This document shows positions 13,601 through 27,279 of a stretch of 64,000 nt of DNA, in pieces (the stretch's first letter is position 1; each line of letters opens with the position of its first letter). Source of the stretch: Botryllus schlosseri (lineage: Eukaryota); the NCBI GenBank assembly GCA_051294905.1, contig CM119373.1, forward strand, positions 30,442,001 to 30,506,000, in the 5' to 3' direction. Both the position numbers and the translations under genes were made by a program. The notes below the pieces were generated by a model that saw only the letters and a program-made list of their open reading frames with translations, was not told where the DNA came from and made no database searches.

Positions 13601-14180
13601 ATATCAGAATGGGGGAAGCACCGGCCACAGCGAGCTCCGAGCTGTTCTGTGGCCGGCCACAGAATGACATGTGAATTTCACAGCTTTTGGGGAGCTTATA
13701 GGGATTTTCTGACAGATATCTGGTATACATTGTTTTTTCCAATTTTATGCAGTTGCATACGATTAGCTGTGACGAGTGTCAGCCGAATATTTAGGTCTAT
13801 TTCTATAAAAAAAAAGATACAAATCAACACTTACCAGTTACCAGTTTTGATAATGTCTTCATCGCTTCTAGCTTTCTATACCATTATTTCCTGTTTCATT
13901 TAGCGGATATCCCCCTTTTTAATGCATTCTTTACATCATTTTGTGTGTTTTTAATTGATATATAGAGACTATTACAGATCGTTTCATATTCTTCATATCG
14001 TTTGATTGTATCGCTATTCGTCCGGTATTTCGGGAGAAAATGCATATAAACTGAGCTAAACTCTCGCTCTCACCTAGTTCTATTTACTGTACGCCCATAA
14101 TAGAACATAATTGATCATGCATTTGACCACGATTGGGCCACGTACAGTACTTATCATCAATACTAACTTGATATATTGCA

Positions 14181-14392
14181 ACCGGCCATGAAATTTGGCT
14201 ATGGCCGGCCATGAAATTTAGTCATGGCCGGTCATGAGAATGAGTTTGACATGGCCGGCCACGGAAATTTCATGGCCGGCCATATCGAAATTTCATGGCC
14301 GGCCATGAAAATCACCATGGCCGGCCACAGAATAGCACTTTTCATGGCCGGCCACGAAATTATCCGTGGCCAGTAAGTGGCCACGGGAATGC
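14181..14392. repeat. Minisatellite of about 8 units (about 21-27 bp) built on the palindrome TGGCCGGCCA
   Basis: Repeated ATGGCCGGCCA(T/C)..GAAATTTC; related about 95-bp direct repeats at about 13005 and 13600. Confidence 0.9.
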
Positions 14393-15602
14393 TGAAAGTC
14401 CGTCTCATTTGCTTAGGGGGAGATATGGTACCGATGGATAAAAAAATTTACAAAATGTTCGGGGCGGATAATAGCAGATGTTTTGCTGGCTCAATACTTT
14501 GATCCGAGTTCTATCTACCACGAATATTATCCATGAATATCCGCCTTCTCAAAAACATTGTCAAAATTTGCGCAATAAGATACTGGTCCTCCGTTGAGCA
14601 ATAGCAGTCAGAATGCTACGTCATCCAAACTCACAATTAACATGGCAGTAGTAGGCCCTACCTACCGTCCACACCTACTACCAGCTTTGCTGGAATTTGC
14701 AAACTTACAACAGCATCCAGTAGCGGAACTGAGATTAGAATGACAAGCATTGGACTTTCGAAGAGCAATTTATCAACACACCGAAAATGAAAAATATTGC
14801 AGCCAATGAAGCGTCAATAACAATTCCCACACGCCCCAGACACACCCGATGATCGAGTAGGAAAATGGTGCAAACACCACCAAACTAATTGCCTTACTGA
14901 ATACCAGGTATGTGGGCCATTGTGGGGGTCGGAGTTTTGTTCAATGAGCGCTTCGCTCCACATATGATGTGTTCTCGAGTATAAGATACAAGAGAGAAAG
15001 AACTTCGCTACAACGGTTTTCTTCAGAAAGCCACTGTATTCTAAAAAATGAAAAAATGACCAAATAAAGGTCAACTATCATTCAGCTCCCGAAATACCCG
15101 CCAGTCCCGCCTGAGCGTCACTTCAGTGCTATTTTCTGGCATCTCGGTCGAATTTTGCCTTGTGTTTACCCCAAAATTCAAACGGACAGAATCTAAAAAA
15201 GGAGAACATTTAGGCGTCCTCGGAGGACATTTTCAAAAACCCGAAAAAGGAGGACAAATCTTCCTGAAGGAGGATGTATAGTAACCCTACTGTATTCGGA
15301 TTACAGCTAAAAGATATCCATGAAATACACCATAGCACTGTGACTGCAGCTATATTATGTTAGAGGAATCGAGATCACTCATGATCACGCGACTTCGCTT
15401 CTGAACCCCTCCCGAAATTTCTGGAACGCGTTTCTTCACTGTTGCACACGCTACCTCTGCTTCTGTCCCATTCCCTTTGTAATTACGTTTGAACTATATG
15501 GTGCTTCACCCGCTTTGCTTCTACTTGATGCAGCGGCAACTCACATTGCTTAATGATGAACACTACTTTCATCTCGGAAAATCAGTTTTGGACGATTGAT
15601 AT

Positions 15603-15960
15603 CAATGGTTGTCAACCTTTTTGTTTCCGCTGACACCTTATGGACCGTCACGGACAGCAGCGTACCCGAACATGGTTTTAGTTCAAACTTGAGTCAAATA
15701 TCGTGCAACCTTCATTTGGCGTATGCAAACGTTAGCTGGAGGCTAGTACGCTAGTGGTGAATAGCAGCCATTCCACTGTCTCAACAAAAAAAACATAATT
15801 ATGTTTCAATAATTTATTTAGTTCAAAGAGAATTCTGCAGCTGCATTTCTTGAACGTATGCTCCTGAGATTTGATATGAACGAGAGCCGAAAATGTATTT
15901 TCGCAAAGTTGATCGAATGGGAATCGAATGGAATTATAACGCACAAAACTCTTCCAATGA
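15603..15960 (-). mobile_element. Partial family C hAT element with a transposase C-terminal relic
   Basis: Degenerate TIR CAATGGTTGTCAACC; translated PFDQLCENTFSALVHIKS. Confidence 0.65.
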
Positions 15961-17546
15961 CACCTTTGGTTATGATCTCAACATAAATGGCACCAAAATT
16001 GGAAAACTAATTTTTAATGAATATATCACGACCAGTCTGGTAATTTACATGTAGCAGCTAATCTTAAAATTCCACCGGAATAGTTGTTATGTATATGTAA
16101 CAGGAGAAAATGGATTCCGTGACGAGTTTTCAATCCCTTTTGTACAGATTAAGAATAAACTTCGGGAATTTTAATTTAAAACGACCGTTACTGATAAGCT
16201 GAGACTGACAACTTATAATCCAAATTGTTTTGCAAACATTCCGAAGTTACGGTTAAGGACCTTTCTCTTCCAACATTTTCAATTGTTCTCCAAACAGCAA
16301 TATGTTTTTATCAGTAACCCTACCCGTTGGCAATTAAATGAGTTTGCTTAGGAAGATATTTCATCTCAGACGGCAATTCTGTTAATGTGGATCCTAGAGT
16401 TTTAGCAGTTATAAACACAATCATTTTCGTTGGGCCCGCGAAACCTCGTCATTTCCCAAGCATTAAAAATTACAATGAAGTTTATCAATCATGTTGTAAA
16501 TTTATAGGTTTTGTAGTGAATCCTCTGAAAATGATTCTATGACCCGGGTCAAGAACCCCAGATATATATAGCAAGGTATACATATGTATAAGCTTCATTT
16601 CTAAACTCCAATGGTCTGGGATCACTCTAGCAATTCCCGATTGAAACTTGAATCACGAGTTAATGCTGACTTATGAACACTACTTTTCTCAGTCGAAAAA
16701 TAATTTGCCGACGATTGAGAACATAAACATTTCAACCAATGTTTTTCTTGTACTCCACATCTCGAACTACATTGCTCGCAGTCTGGGTGTCAAATTGTGA
16801 CCCTCAAATAGGCATTAGCGAAGCCAGTACTTCTCTATTTTCAGGGGTTCATGACCTAAATACGACGAGCTTAAAAGGGGGGTGATTGTAACCGTGTATA
16901 TAGTGGAGAGTCTCTGAATTAGAAAGAATTGTTTCGAAGTCATGATGACTGGGAACATGTTTGTTGAGTTATCCTCATTCCGTATGTAGTCGACTTGGCT
17001 TAATTCGAACGGGTTGGTTCCGCGCACTTTCGGCCGATAAGTGAAGAAACGGCATTGTCCGGTTCGTGGTCACTTGTTAAGACAGACAATGCATTGGAAA
17101 TACTGTACAGTTGCGAAATAAATAAATTGCAGTCTGCGGTAATTGGTACTGAGTTATAGCTTCAGGCTGGTTGTCTCATAGAGTATTCTGATACCAAATG
17201 GTTCAATAAATGCTGTGTCACACACATATTGGGTTAGAATAGTTCCTTAATTCTGGAAGTACAGTTCTGAGCCAAGCTGCAAGGGCTGAAACGGTATTTT
17301 AACTTGATGAAAGTACACCACAAAACAGTTGGAATGTTGAGCAAAAAGTTTCTATCCAGACAGAATTGACTCATATTAAAGCTCAAAAACGCAACTGAAG
17401 GCTAAATATACAGAGCACGATGCTTCCTTGGCCCGTACATTCACGCTATCGCCGTGACTGAAAGAAGGGTCAAGAATCAAGATGTACGCAATTTTACCGA
17501 AGTAAAAGTCACTGTTTCACCATAATCACTCGTCATGTCCCTAAGC

Positions 17547-18735
17547 CAGGGGTTCTCAGCCCTTTCTTGGCCGTGGCCCATTTTCCGATTTGAAAATGTG
17601 CTGTGGCCCACATCTAATCTTAAAGTCATATTTTCTCCTTATTTACTGATGAAATTAAAGTATAAACACGCCGGGCATGAAGTCGCGCGAAGCGCGTCGA
17701 AAATTTTCAAGTTGAATGAATATCTTCCAACAAACGACCAACGAAATATTCATCTAGCTCCCCCAATTGGGGGTTTGGGTGAGACAGTTACGGCTCTGGT
17801 AGATCATATGCTAAAACTTTTGAGTATGTTATGATCGTCTGCTGCTCCATTCGCTTCGCGAAACACAATGATCGAATTCCCGCATACACTGCGTGTGATT
17901 GGGATTTTAGTTCCACTATTGAGGGGGGTAGTATAATCATTCTGGGTCAGCTTCAAACAATTCTTTGGTGAATGGGGTACTACAGAGGAGTGGAGGAAGA
18001 TTTTCTTATTATGCATGCTGCACTATGTACTGCATTGTATGTCACGTACTGAACCAACTGAAGTTGCGATGTCGGAATATTCAATCCAGTGATACCATCA
18101 ATTCATGTGACTCTTAAATTATTTTCATTGATTTACGGGCATGACATTTTAAACAGACTCCAAATATTATTGCGCTCCGCTGAATCCTCAATCCATTAGC
18201 CTACTATTCGTTGCGGTGGTGCAGTATACCTCCACCAGAAGTTGCTAATAATTTGTAATTATGGCCATTTTTAACTTACAATAATACGACCTGTCGAAGT
18301 ACACTAAATTCATACATCAATTACACTTCATTCCGAGTTTATTGCACACCCTTTCAACGGCACACGACATCATGACCCTGCCAGAATACTTGGTTACTTC
18401 AGCATTACCTTCCAGCAGGTATTATATACGCGAAATTATTTTAGTTCCTGTTAGCCATAGGTAGTCATAGCCAGTGGAAAAGCCGCCGTTTCTGCCACCC
18501 ATTCTCGACTTGAAATGCTGCCTCCATACGTACCACTACGTCTCATCAGAGTCGGATGAAAAGCTTAATGTAGCCTACGTATAATCAACTAATATGAATT
18601 TATTTTTTAGCGATTAACACAACAAATATTACTAAACTTACATTATTTCTAAAATTTTCTAAATAGCTCTGTGGCCCACCTCAAATGCTCTTGTGGCCCA
18701 CCAGTGGGCCATGGCCCACCCTTTGAGAACCCCTG
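17547..18735. mobile_element. hAT non-autonomous element, about 1.2 kb
   Basis: Ends CAGGGGTTCTCA and TGAGAACCCCTG; TSD CCCTAAGC/CCCTAAAC; subterminal GTGGCCCA repeats. Confidence 0.85.
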
Positions 18736-20479
18736 CCCTAAACGAACGATTTACTAAATATTATGTTGATAGCAATTGCGAACCTGTGTCCGAATTAGGC
18801 GGAAATAGTCTGAATTAACCGGAGTTTTATGTGTAATTTTAGTTTTATTGCTGGTAATTTTGACCGAATAAAGCGGCTGTCCGGAGTCCGGACTATTCTC
18901 TGTCCGGAATAAGCTGACTTTACTGTAGGCCTAGTTCATACTACACTTTTTCTCGAATATTCGAGCCATGAATATTTAGTTCTAAATATCCGTGTTTCAA
19001 GATATCTTGCATGCCTGCTAAATATATGACGTTGACAACAACGTCTTTAATTGATTAAGATATATAGCCTAGTAGACTAGCACAGTGGTTCTTCCACATG
19101 GATGTCGAACCTAGGTATGTTGGTCTGCCGTACCCATACTCTGTAATTTTGGTTTCGACGGTACACTTCAATCCTAATCAGTGCCGATTTTCCAGGCGTC
19201 GAATCCAGTCTGTTAAACTAAATCTGCGTTAATTTGGGCGAAAACGTTGCGTATCGGTCTTCTATCCGACTTAACACAACGAAGCAATCCATATTGAACA
19301 AGAATGTAGATGAAGGCTTGGGCTGACAGATATACGAAGATGCGTAAGCGAGATTCACAACAGTAATTTCTCATCCGATGATATAAAGAATAGTGGAAAA
19401 CAGCAACGAAGATAATTATATAGTCAAGCGATCACAAACGGCCAACAATCTAATTAACCAATGAAATCGAAATAAAACTGACAAAAAAACACAAATAAAG
19501 GTCAATTGAGTTACTAATTGATTCACGATAAACATTACTCGTCAGAACAATTATTGCGAATATGTGACATACCCACCATGTTATTCGGCACCACTATGTT
19601 TGCGAATTGCGTGGTTTGAAGTATTTTGTCGCCGTGTATTTCGCTTATACCTAAATTAGGCTTATCTTATCATATTAGCGACGCAGCACCTGGTACTATG
19701 TTCGTACATCACTAATTCGTAATCTAGTATAATCACCCGACGAGCCGTTAAGAAGGGATAAAATGGCGACCAGAGACGCCGATTTCGAAACCCACCGAGA
19801 AAACACGTCCGTCTTTTAATTGAATTGCATTCGCGCGTTTACAGTAATTCGGGAGATATCTTTGTCTTTCAATTCGGAGCGTGAAATTGGATAATGCGTT
19901 ATTTTGTGTGCATATCAATTGGAATTGATTCCTGCGCATAATAATTACTCGAACAATACTTCGTGCACGCTCAACTGTAAAAACATCAATATAGCCCGAA
20001 ACTCTTGTTACAACAATTAACGTGGGTTGGTGTTAGAAGCCATTGTGTTAACAGACGAGAGGAATTACTAATGCGGTGAGCGCTTTCGTTGGAATGGATT
20101 TTGATCACCAGCTCCGCTTTGAAGTCTGGGACCGCTGCACCTTCAATAATCAACATAACCCTCAATTTAATTACGAAAGAAGTATGCGACTCTGCCAAAT
20201 CAAATGCCTTCACTTCATGCTGCCTTTTTCATCCTAGACATCTATACGTTGTTCTATTGAAGTTGGTGCAAGGCGAAGCTCGCGTAGTCCTAATAAAGAG
20301 TACTAACTTGGAAAAATCGGTATCCTTGGATAGAATTGCGACTTTGCACTTTTCAATAACAACTACTGTACTGACAAGTGTTGCTTCATTGCACTGTCGG
20401 AATTTGACGACATGCCTGGCTAAATATTCATGTGACTGTGCGAATATCAAATCGTTACACCCGTGGTTAAACTCTTTGT

Positions 20480-20960
20480 CGTAGACAATACCAATGGCAG
20501 GTATTATTGTCGTGCGATTTTGTTGTCACCGACCGGAAATGATCGTGACATCACAAGTCTTCGCAAATCCACGCAGCATGACGGTTAGGCGCCTCCACAA
20601 ATTAAAAAGATTGTCAAGTCGAATGATTTTATCCAAATGCTTATTAATGTCGAAAAGAAGGCTTGGGATAGCTTTGCAGGTGTGGTGAACGGGTTCTTGT
20701 GCAATAACAACGAAGATAACTATGACGAACTCGTTGGCAATTGGCCAAAGTCGTATGGAAACATGAGGCGCAGAATGTACATGAAAGCACATATGTTTCA
20801 TGCTTACTTGGACGAGTTTAAAGACAATATGGGAGCTTATTCAGAAGAACAAGGGGAGCAATTCCATAAAGACAAAATATTTTGAAAGGAGATACCGATG
20901 GCAATATAACGGAAATATGATGTGAGATTATGTCTCTGCCTTGTTGCGGGAAAGTGATGT
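20480..20960 (+). pseudogene. DDE transposase C-terminal relic, probably Chapaev/Transib-like
   Basis: PQIKKIV...EKKAWDSFAGVVNGFL..N..NYDELV...MKAHMFHAYLDEFKDNMGAYSEEQGEQFHKD, then a frameshifted RYxxQY-like segment; superfamily assigned from memory. Confidence 0.6.
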
Positions 20961-22028
20961 AGAATACAAAAATAAATCCCGAAAGTAATCCCATTTTAAA
21001 CTGACTTTATACTTGAACTGTTTTAGCGTGAAATATTTATTTAGTTTTGCATTTAACATGTAACGAGGGTATTGATTCACATACAGTTATTATATTTATG
21101 TGCAAACTTCCATGTCCCAAATGCCTGTGCTTTGTGAGGTGATTTGAATAATAAAAATTCTATTTTGTTTTCTATTATTATGCAAACTCAGAGTTAACTC
21201 ATCACCAGATAGAAAAATAGCGAAAAGTTGGCTGTTATTTGCTTTGCGAAAAAGCAATCGATAGCATACGACTAACGCGTCAGACTATTTAGTAAATACA
21301 TTGTTAGAATATAACCTCTTAGTCGATGACAAGCGATTAAAAATGGACTAGAGACTAGACAGTTCGGTGAATACCCTAAATACCCATTTCCTATAGGGCA
21401 GAGGTCTGAAACTCAAATGTGCCAGCGGGTCAATTTCCTAACATGTGCTGACCCGCGGGCCGCAGCATCAATAAATAGGGGTATTCAATCTATAATATCC
21501 AACTTGGTCTTATTTGACGGCACCTTGCAGACAGGCATTCTAAAACTATCGAGAAAATGTAATTTACTATTATACTATTCACGCTTGGCACGAAAAAAAA
21601 TCACGTTTTCAAATATTTGAATAAAATGGTTTTTGTGTCGGGCATAATTTGATAGAAATAATGAGTTTGGACATCATGCGAGAGTACGCATGATGGTATC
21701 GTGAAAGCTGTCCGGTTGTAATATTGCAGCTATTGGACCTTTGAAATGCCACAATTTTATTTAGAATATTTTAGAATTCACTAAAGACTGATCGGATATC
21801 AGAGCATGTGAGCGGTAGCCTAATCGAGGTTTCTGATATACTTGTGATAAGTATAGGCTATTGTTACTGTCATTGCCAAAGTCAAATTAAACCAGAGTTA
21901 GGTTTTCTTGGATTAATATTGGAACAGATCAATAACAACTTAAATATAATCATTATTTTTCCTTAGTAGTAACATTGTTTTGACACGTTTTAGCGATCGT
22001 ACCCCTTGTACTTTCAATTAGATTTCCA

Positions 22029-22440
22029 ATTAAATAGTATATTCATATTGAAATGAACCCGAATATTTTCGGCTGACACTCGTCAGGGGTAATCGTCAGC
22101 AACTAGTAGAGAATTGGAAAGAACATTGTATATCAACAATCGTATCACAAAATATGACGTCACCAGCATGAAATTTCGAATGAGAGAGCGTTCAATGTAC
22201 TACTTTTAGGTGGTACACGAACTCCTTTTGTTGACAGAGTTTTGGTTGGTGTATTTTGATAAAAGTTGATTCCAAGGCACACAAATGGAATTGTGAACGG
22301 CCTCGTCCTACGATTCGAAATCGGTCGTCTCGATAAATATTCGCACAAATCGGATTATCCAACAGATGTTTGCCGATGGCAGAATTAATGGCCTTTGATC
22401 GATCAGCATCAATCTTAAGTGGATGAGTTAAGGGTGAGCT
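22029..22440 (-). mobile_element. 5'-truncated Penelope-like element: GIY-YIG endonuclease C-terminus plus pLTR
   Basis: SAIGKHLLDNPIC...FRIVGRGRSQFHLCALESTFIKIHQPKLCQQKEFVYHLKVVH* followed by a pLTR with a hammerhead core. Confidence 0.85.
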
Positions 22441-24394
22441 CACAACGATCTGTCCATAGACCTGGTGATTCTACATTTACCTTACCTCAAGGACACACAG
22501 CATCATAGCTGTTTTACCTCTAAATACGTTTCTACAACATATAGATAATATAAAAATAAAATACTTCCACAGATATCGAGGACGAATCACGCGCGAATCT
22601 GTTTTCCCAAGCACAGCACTAAAAGTAATAAACTTGATGGGGTTGTCAATTTGAAATCGTGCTTGTGAACCAAATAATGTCATTTCCGTTTTTATTTTCT
22701 GTGATATCTAGCCATTGAAACATTTCAAAATCTGTGAACTTTGAGGTTAGGCTATTGCGCCAACAAAAATAATTAAATTTAAACATAATAGGAATGGGGA
22801 AATATATTGAGAAATAGTTTTGTCAAGTCGCTGCAATAGTGGGCTACGCCTTGTATAAATATATTTTTTTTAAATTCTGACGATTTCGGGGGCCGCACAA
22901 AATGGTGTCGCGGGCCATAGTTCGCCCATTTCTGCTGTAATTCCATAATGTTGCCGGGAATTTACTTTCACGTTTAGCCGTGAATCGGTCTACTTTGTGA
23001 GCTATATCGTTTAAAATGAAAATGAATTATCCAAAATGATTAGGTATAGTTTACAAATATGCACACAATTCTTGTCGTGGAAGCATTTTGTGTTCTGGAA
23101 GGTCGCAGCCCTTTTTGTGACTTGCACGGGTAGTTCTGTTTCTACAATTAGGAACTTTCATGAACTAGATTATTCACAAGGAAACAGTGATGGTTCAGAA
23201 ACCTCACAGGCTGTTCGCGATGCGAAATCTCCCAGTACAGTCTAGTACAACTATCAAATTTTAAGCATTAACAAATTAGATTAAAAGTAAATTATAGCTA
23301 CAAAGTTTTTTCCAAATTTTATTTGAATTAGAATTCCTCATCCGAATCAAGATTATGTTTATTAGAATTCGATTTATTGGTACCCGAGCTTCGAAATCCT
23401 GATTCGGATTTCTTGAACCTGAATGAAAAATAAATTTAAATCTGTATTCAAATATCCAGATGTGTGTTCTGATATCCAGATAACGGATGCGTTATAATTT
23501 TGATCCTGACCTATAGACTTTTAAAATTCAGAAGTGGAGACCAGATGTTGGTTGGTTTTATTTTGATTCTTGGCTTTTAATAATTGGAATGACTTCACGA
23601 AATTAGATTCGTGATGCGCGATATCATCTCAATGCTGTATGGCTCAATAACCCTCGTGATCGCGTATATTACGGTATCGGCGCTTACCCGGTATTATATA
23701 GGTTGTGTATTCTAATAGATGTCGAACAGCCTTTGACATTGAAATAAAGCAATATCGAATGAGTTGAAGATTCACATTTCGCCAGGTGGTTTATTAGATA
23801 CGGCGTCAAATTAGTTGGTGGCTTGCACAATTTGAGGATATCGCAATGAGTGAAATCCACCATTTCCCATGCGATCTCGACGAGCGCATCGAGTTACAGC
23901 GCATTTACTGTATCAATAATTGGTTTCGCTTTTCACCTTGAGCAACTTTGAGTTTCGATCGCCGAGCGCCGGCTTTAGAACCATGTAATCATACACAGAC
24001 TACATAGGTGGTCAAAGTAGTCGGTATTACGGCTCCTTCGAGAACAAACTCGTTGTTGGTGCAAGTGAGTACGAAAAAGTAGTAACTCGTCGCTATGACT
24101 ATCTTTGATTAGTACTCCATAATGGGACAAACGCAACGATGGCGTAAAAACAAGTTTTGCTCAGAAATTCCCAATATGTAGTAGTAGTAGTATAGTTATA
24201 GTCTTGTTATTATTGCACAACACTTCATGATGGAATATTCAATGATGAATGAAATGGAATGGTAAAACGTATTTACAGCTGGAATTTGAAAAACGCCCGA
24301 ATGGCATGAACATGAAATTGAAAATGGGCGCGATACGGTGCCTTCAGTCAAATGGTGTGTGACGTAACACTTGTATTAAAATATTTTCTTCTTT

Positions 24395-26889
24395 TCACAA
24401 TCTTTTGCGAAACTTCATCTCCGAGAACCGCGAGATTCCACCGGAACCATCCCACCACCAAATTCCCTTGTGACCTGGTTTGTGGAAGTTCCCATTCAGA
24501 TTGCTGAAGACGCAGTAGCCATACCACCAGCCTCCTGAGCGATCAGACGCGCAATTCCGTGACGAATCAATATCGTGATTAGCGTCTTTCGTTGTGAATT
24601 GTTGGTTGTTGTGATAGTGGAAACCATCACCTGCATTCCCGGAGTATCTGGATACGTGCAGTCTGTACTTGTCAGATCCGGGCCCGATGCGGAAATTGCT
24701 GGAAAAATGGATAATTGGAAATTGAGGTCGCTCACGCGCGAAAAAGAATTCTAACATAGAAGTATTCAAAGAAGTATTCAGACAAAGAAAAAAAATTGAT
24801 ATTCACCTGTATCTAGCACACAAATAATTTTCATTTCTTGAGATAATGTTGATTTTTAACTCCATATCACCTCCCTTTGTGATTTGATGCATTTCGTCCA
24901 GGCCTGAAACAAGTACATTGTCACAAACTAATGTTAAATTTAAATCAATCCTTCGACATACTGAGGGATTAATACTGATATATCATATATACTGTTTAAT
25001 GGCGTAAGAGAAAGATACTAGCCAAATCCACATTGGTCCAAAATCAACAAAACCTATTTTCATCTCTCTGAAAGTATTTGTGGTGGCTTCAACTCGACAG
25101 GCAAAGTTAGTCTGATGCCGTATTCGGCGCCAGGCCACAGTTGCAATTCCTCAACTATTTAGACCTCGAGGACCGGTAAAACTTGAAAACAACGGGCCTT
25201 CAATAATTATAATCAAAACTTAATGATGACTGTGGGTTGCATCCTGGCATACTTATGCATTTATACGTGGCTCTATTGAACTTTCTACAAGACTGTTAAA
25301 GATCACTAACGTGATTGTGCGAAATACGATTTTGTTGTTTGCTATATTCTCAATTATACTCCCAAGTGTCGGTTAATTGAACTGCCGGAATTCAAAAGAA
25401 CAATTCAACACTTGCACCATCAAAATCTTTTTAAACTTTCATATTTCTCCCTGAAAATACTCCATAATATACGTAGATTTACGAAATAATTTTGGGTTTC
25501 CTTTTTAGCACGCCTCCAACTAGGGGGTCTGGAGTGCGGCAGTTACGGCCCGGCAAATGCACAGTACACATGCACCCACCCATGCTATACTGTTAACCTT
25601 GCACTCAAAACTAGGGCTGGGCACAATGATTCGAGTACTCGAATCTGAATCGAGTATTTACTTCAATGATTCGAGTCGAGTAGAGTAGTAAAAGACGATA
25701 TTATCGAGTACTGAAATTATACGCTCCTCGCAACTGAAAGGTAATCTGCCAACGATAATTTAAATTTTGATACTAGGTCCAGTAAGGAAGTCTTGAAATC
25801 TTGATAGGCAGTGTCGCATTAGTCAACCAACGGACAATGTGAGAGAAAAAGTGTATTTCGGTAGTTGAGCTGGAAAGTTGAAATTTTTTGTTAGTCAACC
25901 GAGCTCAAACTGACAAAAATTTACCATTCCAAGTTTGAAAATTTTGAAAAAGTGTCCTCCTTTCCCGATTCCAAAATATGGTAACCCCATTTAATTAAAC
26001 GGATAACATGCATATGTTCTCTGTGGTGGCATAAAAGGTACATATTTGAACTTTGACATAGTGCATTGTGTTGCGATGTCATTATGAGTGATACTCGAAT
26101 ACTCGACTCGACTCGAAGCATATTACGTGATTCAGAATCGAATCACTCAGGTATTCGATTTTGCACAGCCCTACTCAATACCACGCCCACCGAAAATCAA
26201 AAGAACCTTTCTACCGAGCCAGAAATCTCCTTTACGATTCCCGAATCCGTCCACGTAATCATCCCAACCTCGGTTGAAACTCACGTTTCCGTATTTTCTA
26301 CGCTGGAAAACCTGCAACGGAATTTGGTAAACAATCGAACTGTCAGAAATCTCATGACATCTCTTCACTGAGTACGTTCGAGGTTATGGTTTAAAAGTTT
26401 TTCTTTGTTCATCGTAAAACCAGCTTGCTCATGATGTTGCGAACACTCTATCTTTGGAATTTACCGAATTCTACTCACAGTCCACTTCCTACGTGCCTCC
26501 CGTTCCTTATTATTCTTTTCTTTTGCTTTGAGTTGTGGTTCCTTCTGTTTGGTGTAGCCCACTGTATATGACACAGTTTCTAGAGCTGCCCGTTTCTCAT
26601 CGTCTTCTGCTCTGCGTTGAAGTTCGATCATTATATCCGATATACTTTCCGAACCCTTCATGAAACGGACACAGAACCGACCGTTTCTTAGTAACGTAAA
26701 ACTATTTGCATACCAACCTCACAATCCCCCACTGAGATCCATTTACCATCAACGTAGCTTCTCGTGCAAAATTTCGCTGAAAAGAGAAATTTCAATCCGA
26801 CTTGAAATTGAACGCAAATTCTTCGTACCTGACGATCGCGGGTAGATTACGATTCCGAACATAAAGATAATCCCAATCATTAGCGACAT
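24395..26889 (-). CDS. Secreted fibrinogen-related domain (FReD) protein, 6 exons, 264 aa
   Basis: Exons 26829-26889, 26718-26776, 26479-26655, 26215-26311, 24807-24903, 24395-24698 join in phase (795 nt). Motifs WT|VFQRR, FNRGWDDYVDGFG, DFWLGLDEMHQIT, YRLHVSRYSGNAGD, HNNQQFTTKD, NCA...GGWWY..C..SNLNG. Exons 1-3 are less certain than exons 4-6. Confidence 0.9.
25612..26173 (+). mobile_element. hAT MITE family D in FReD intron 4
   Basis: Ends TAGGGCTGGGCA and TGCACAGCCCTA; TSD CTCAAAAC/CTCAATAC; subterminal TCGAGT/ACTCGA repeats. Confidence 0.88.
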
Positions 26890-27279
26890 TTTAAGATACT
26901 TATAGTATCAGCTGCCGTGACGATATTTGTCCAACTGAACTTTATAAGATAGATGGTCGTGGATAGACCAATCTATAGGTCCAGAATATAAAGCGACCAA
27001 TTTCAACTGGCCACACATGGAAATGCATTCCATATTTCCGTGTGCGTCAAACTTTGATTTGCAGATTTGCAGATTTGCATCATTCAACACAACAAGTTTT
27101 CCATGAATTGCAATGCGTTTGGAATGAAAACCGACCGCGTTCCTGCGCTGACTGTGGTTTCAAGGAAGCACGCACTCTCTGATATCGTGATATGAAATAG
27201 ATGGAACAGGGTACGGCAGGATGCTCGGTCAATGTAGCATCGGATCTGATGTTTTGACGTGACCAAGGAAACGTCAACC

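Noticed and set aside
14181-14392. CRISPR-like array
   Set aside because: Eukaryotic context; the spacers are short and similar to one another; no cas genes
23999-24070. Plus-strand exon-like segment (DYIGGQSSRYYGSFENKLVVGA)
   Set aside because: Good splice signals but no partner exons or recognisable domain
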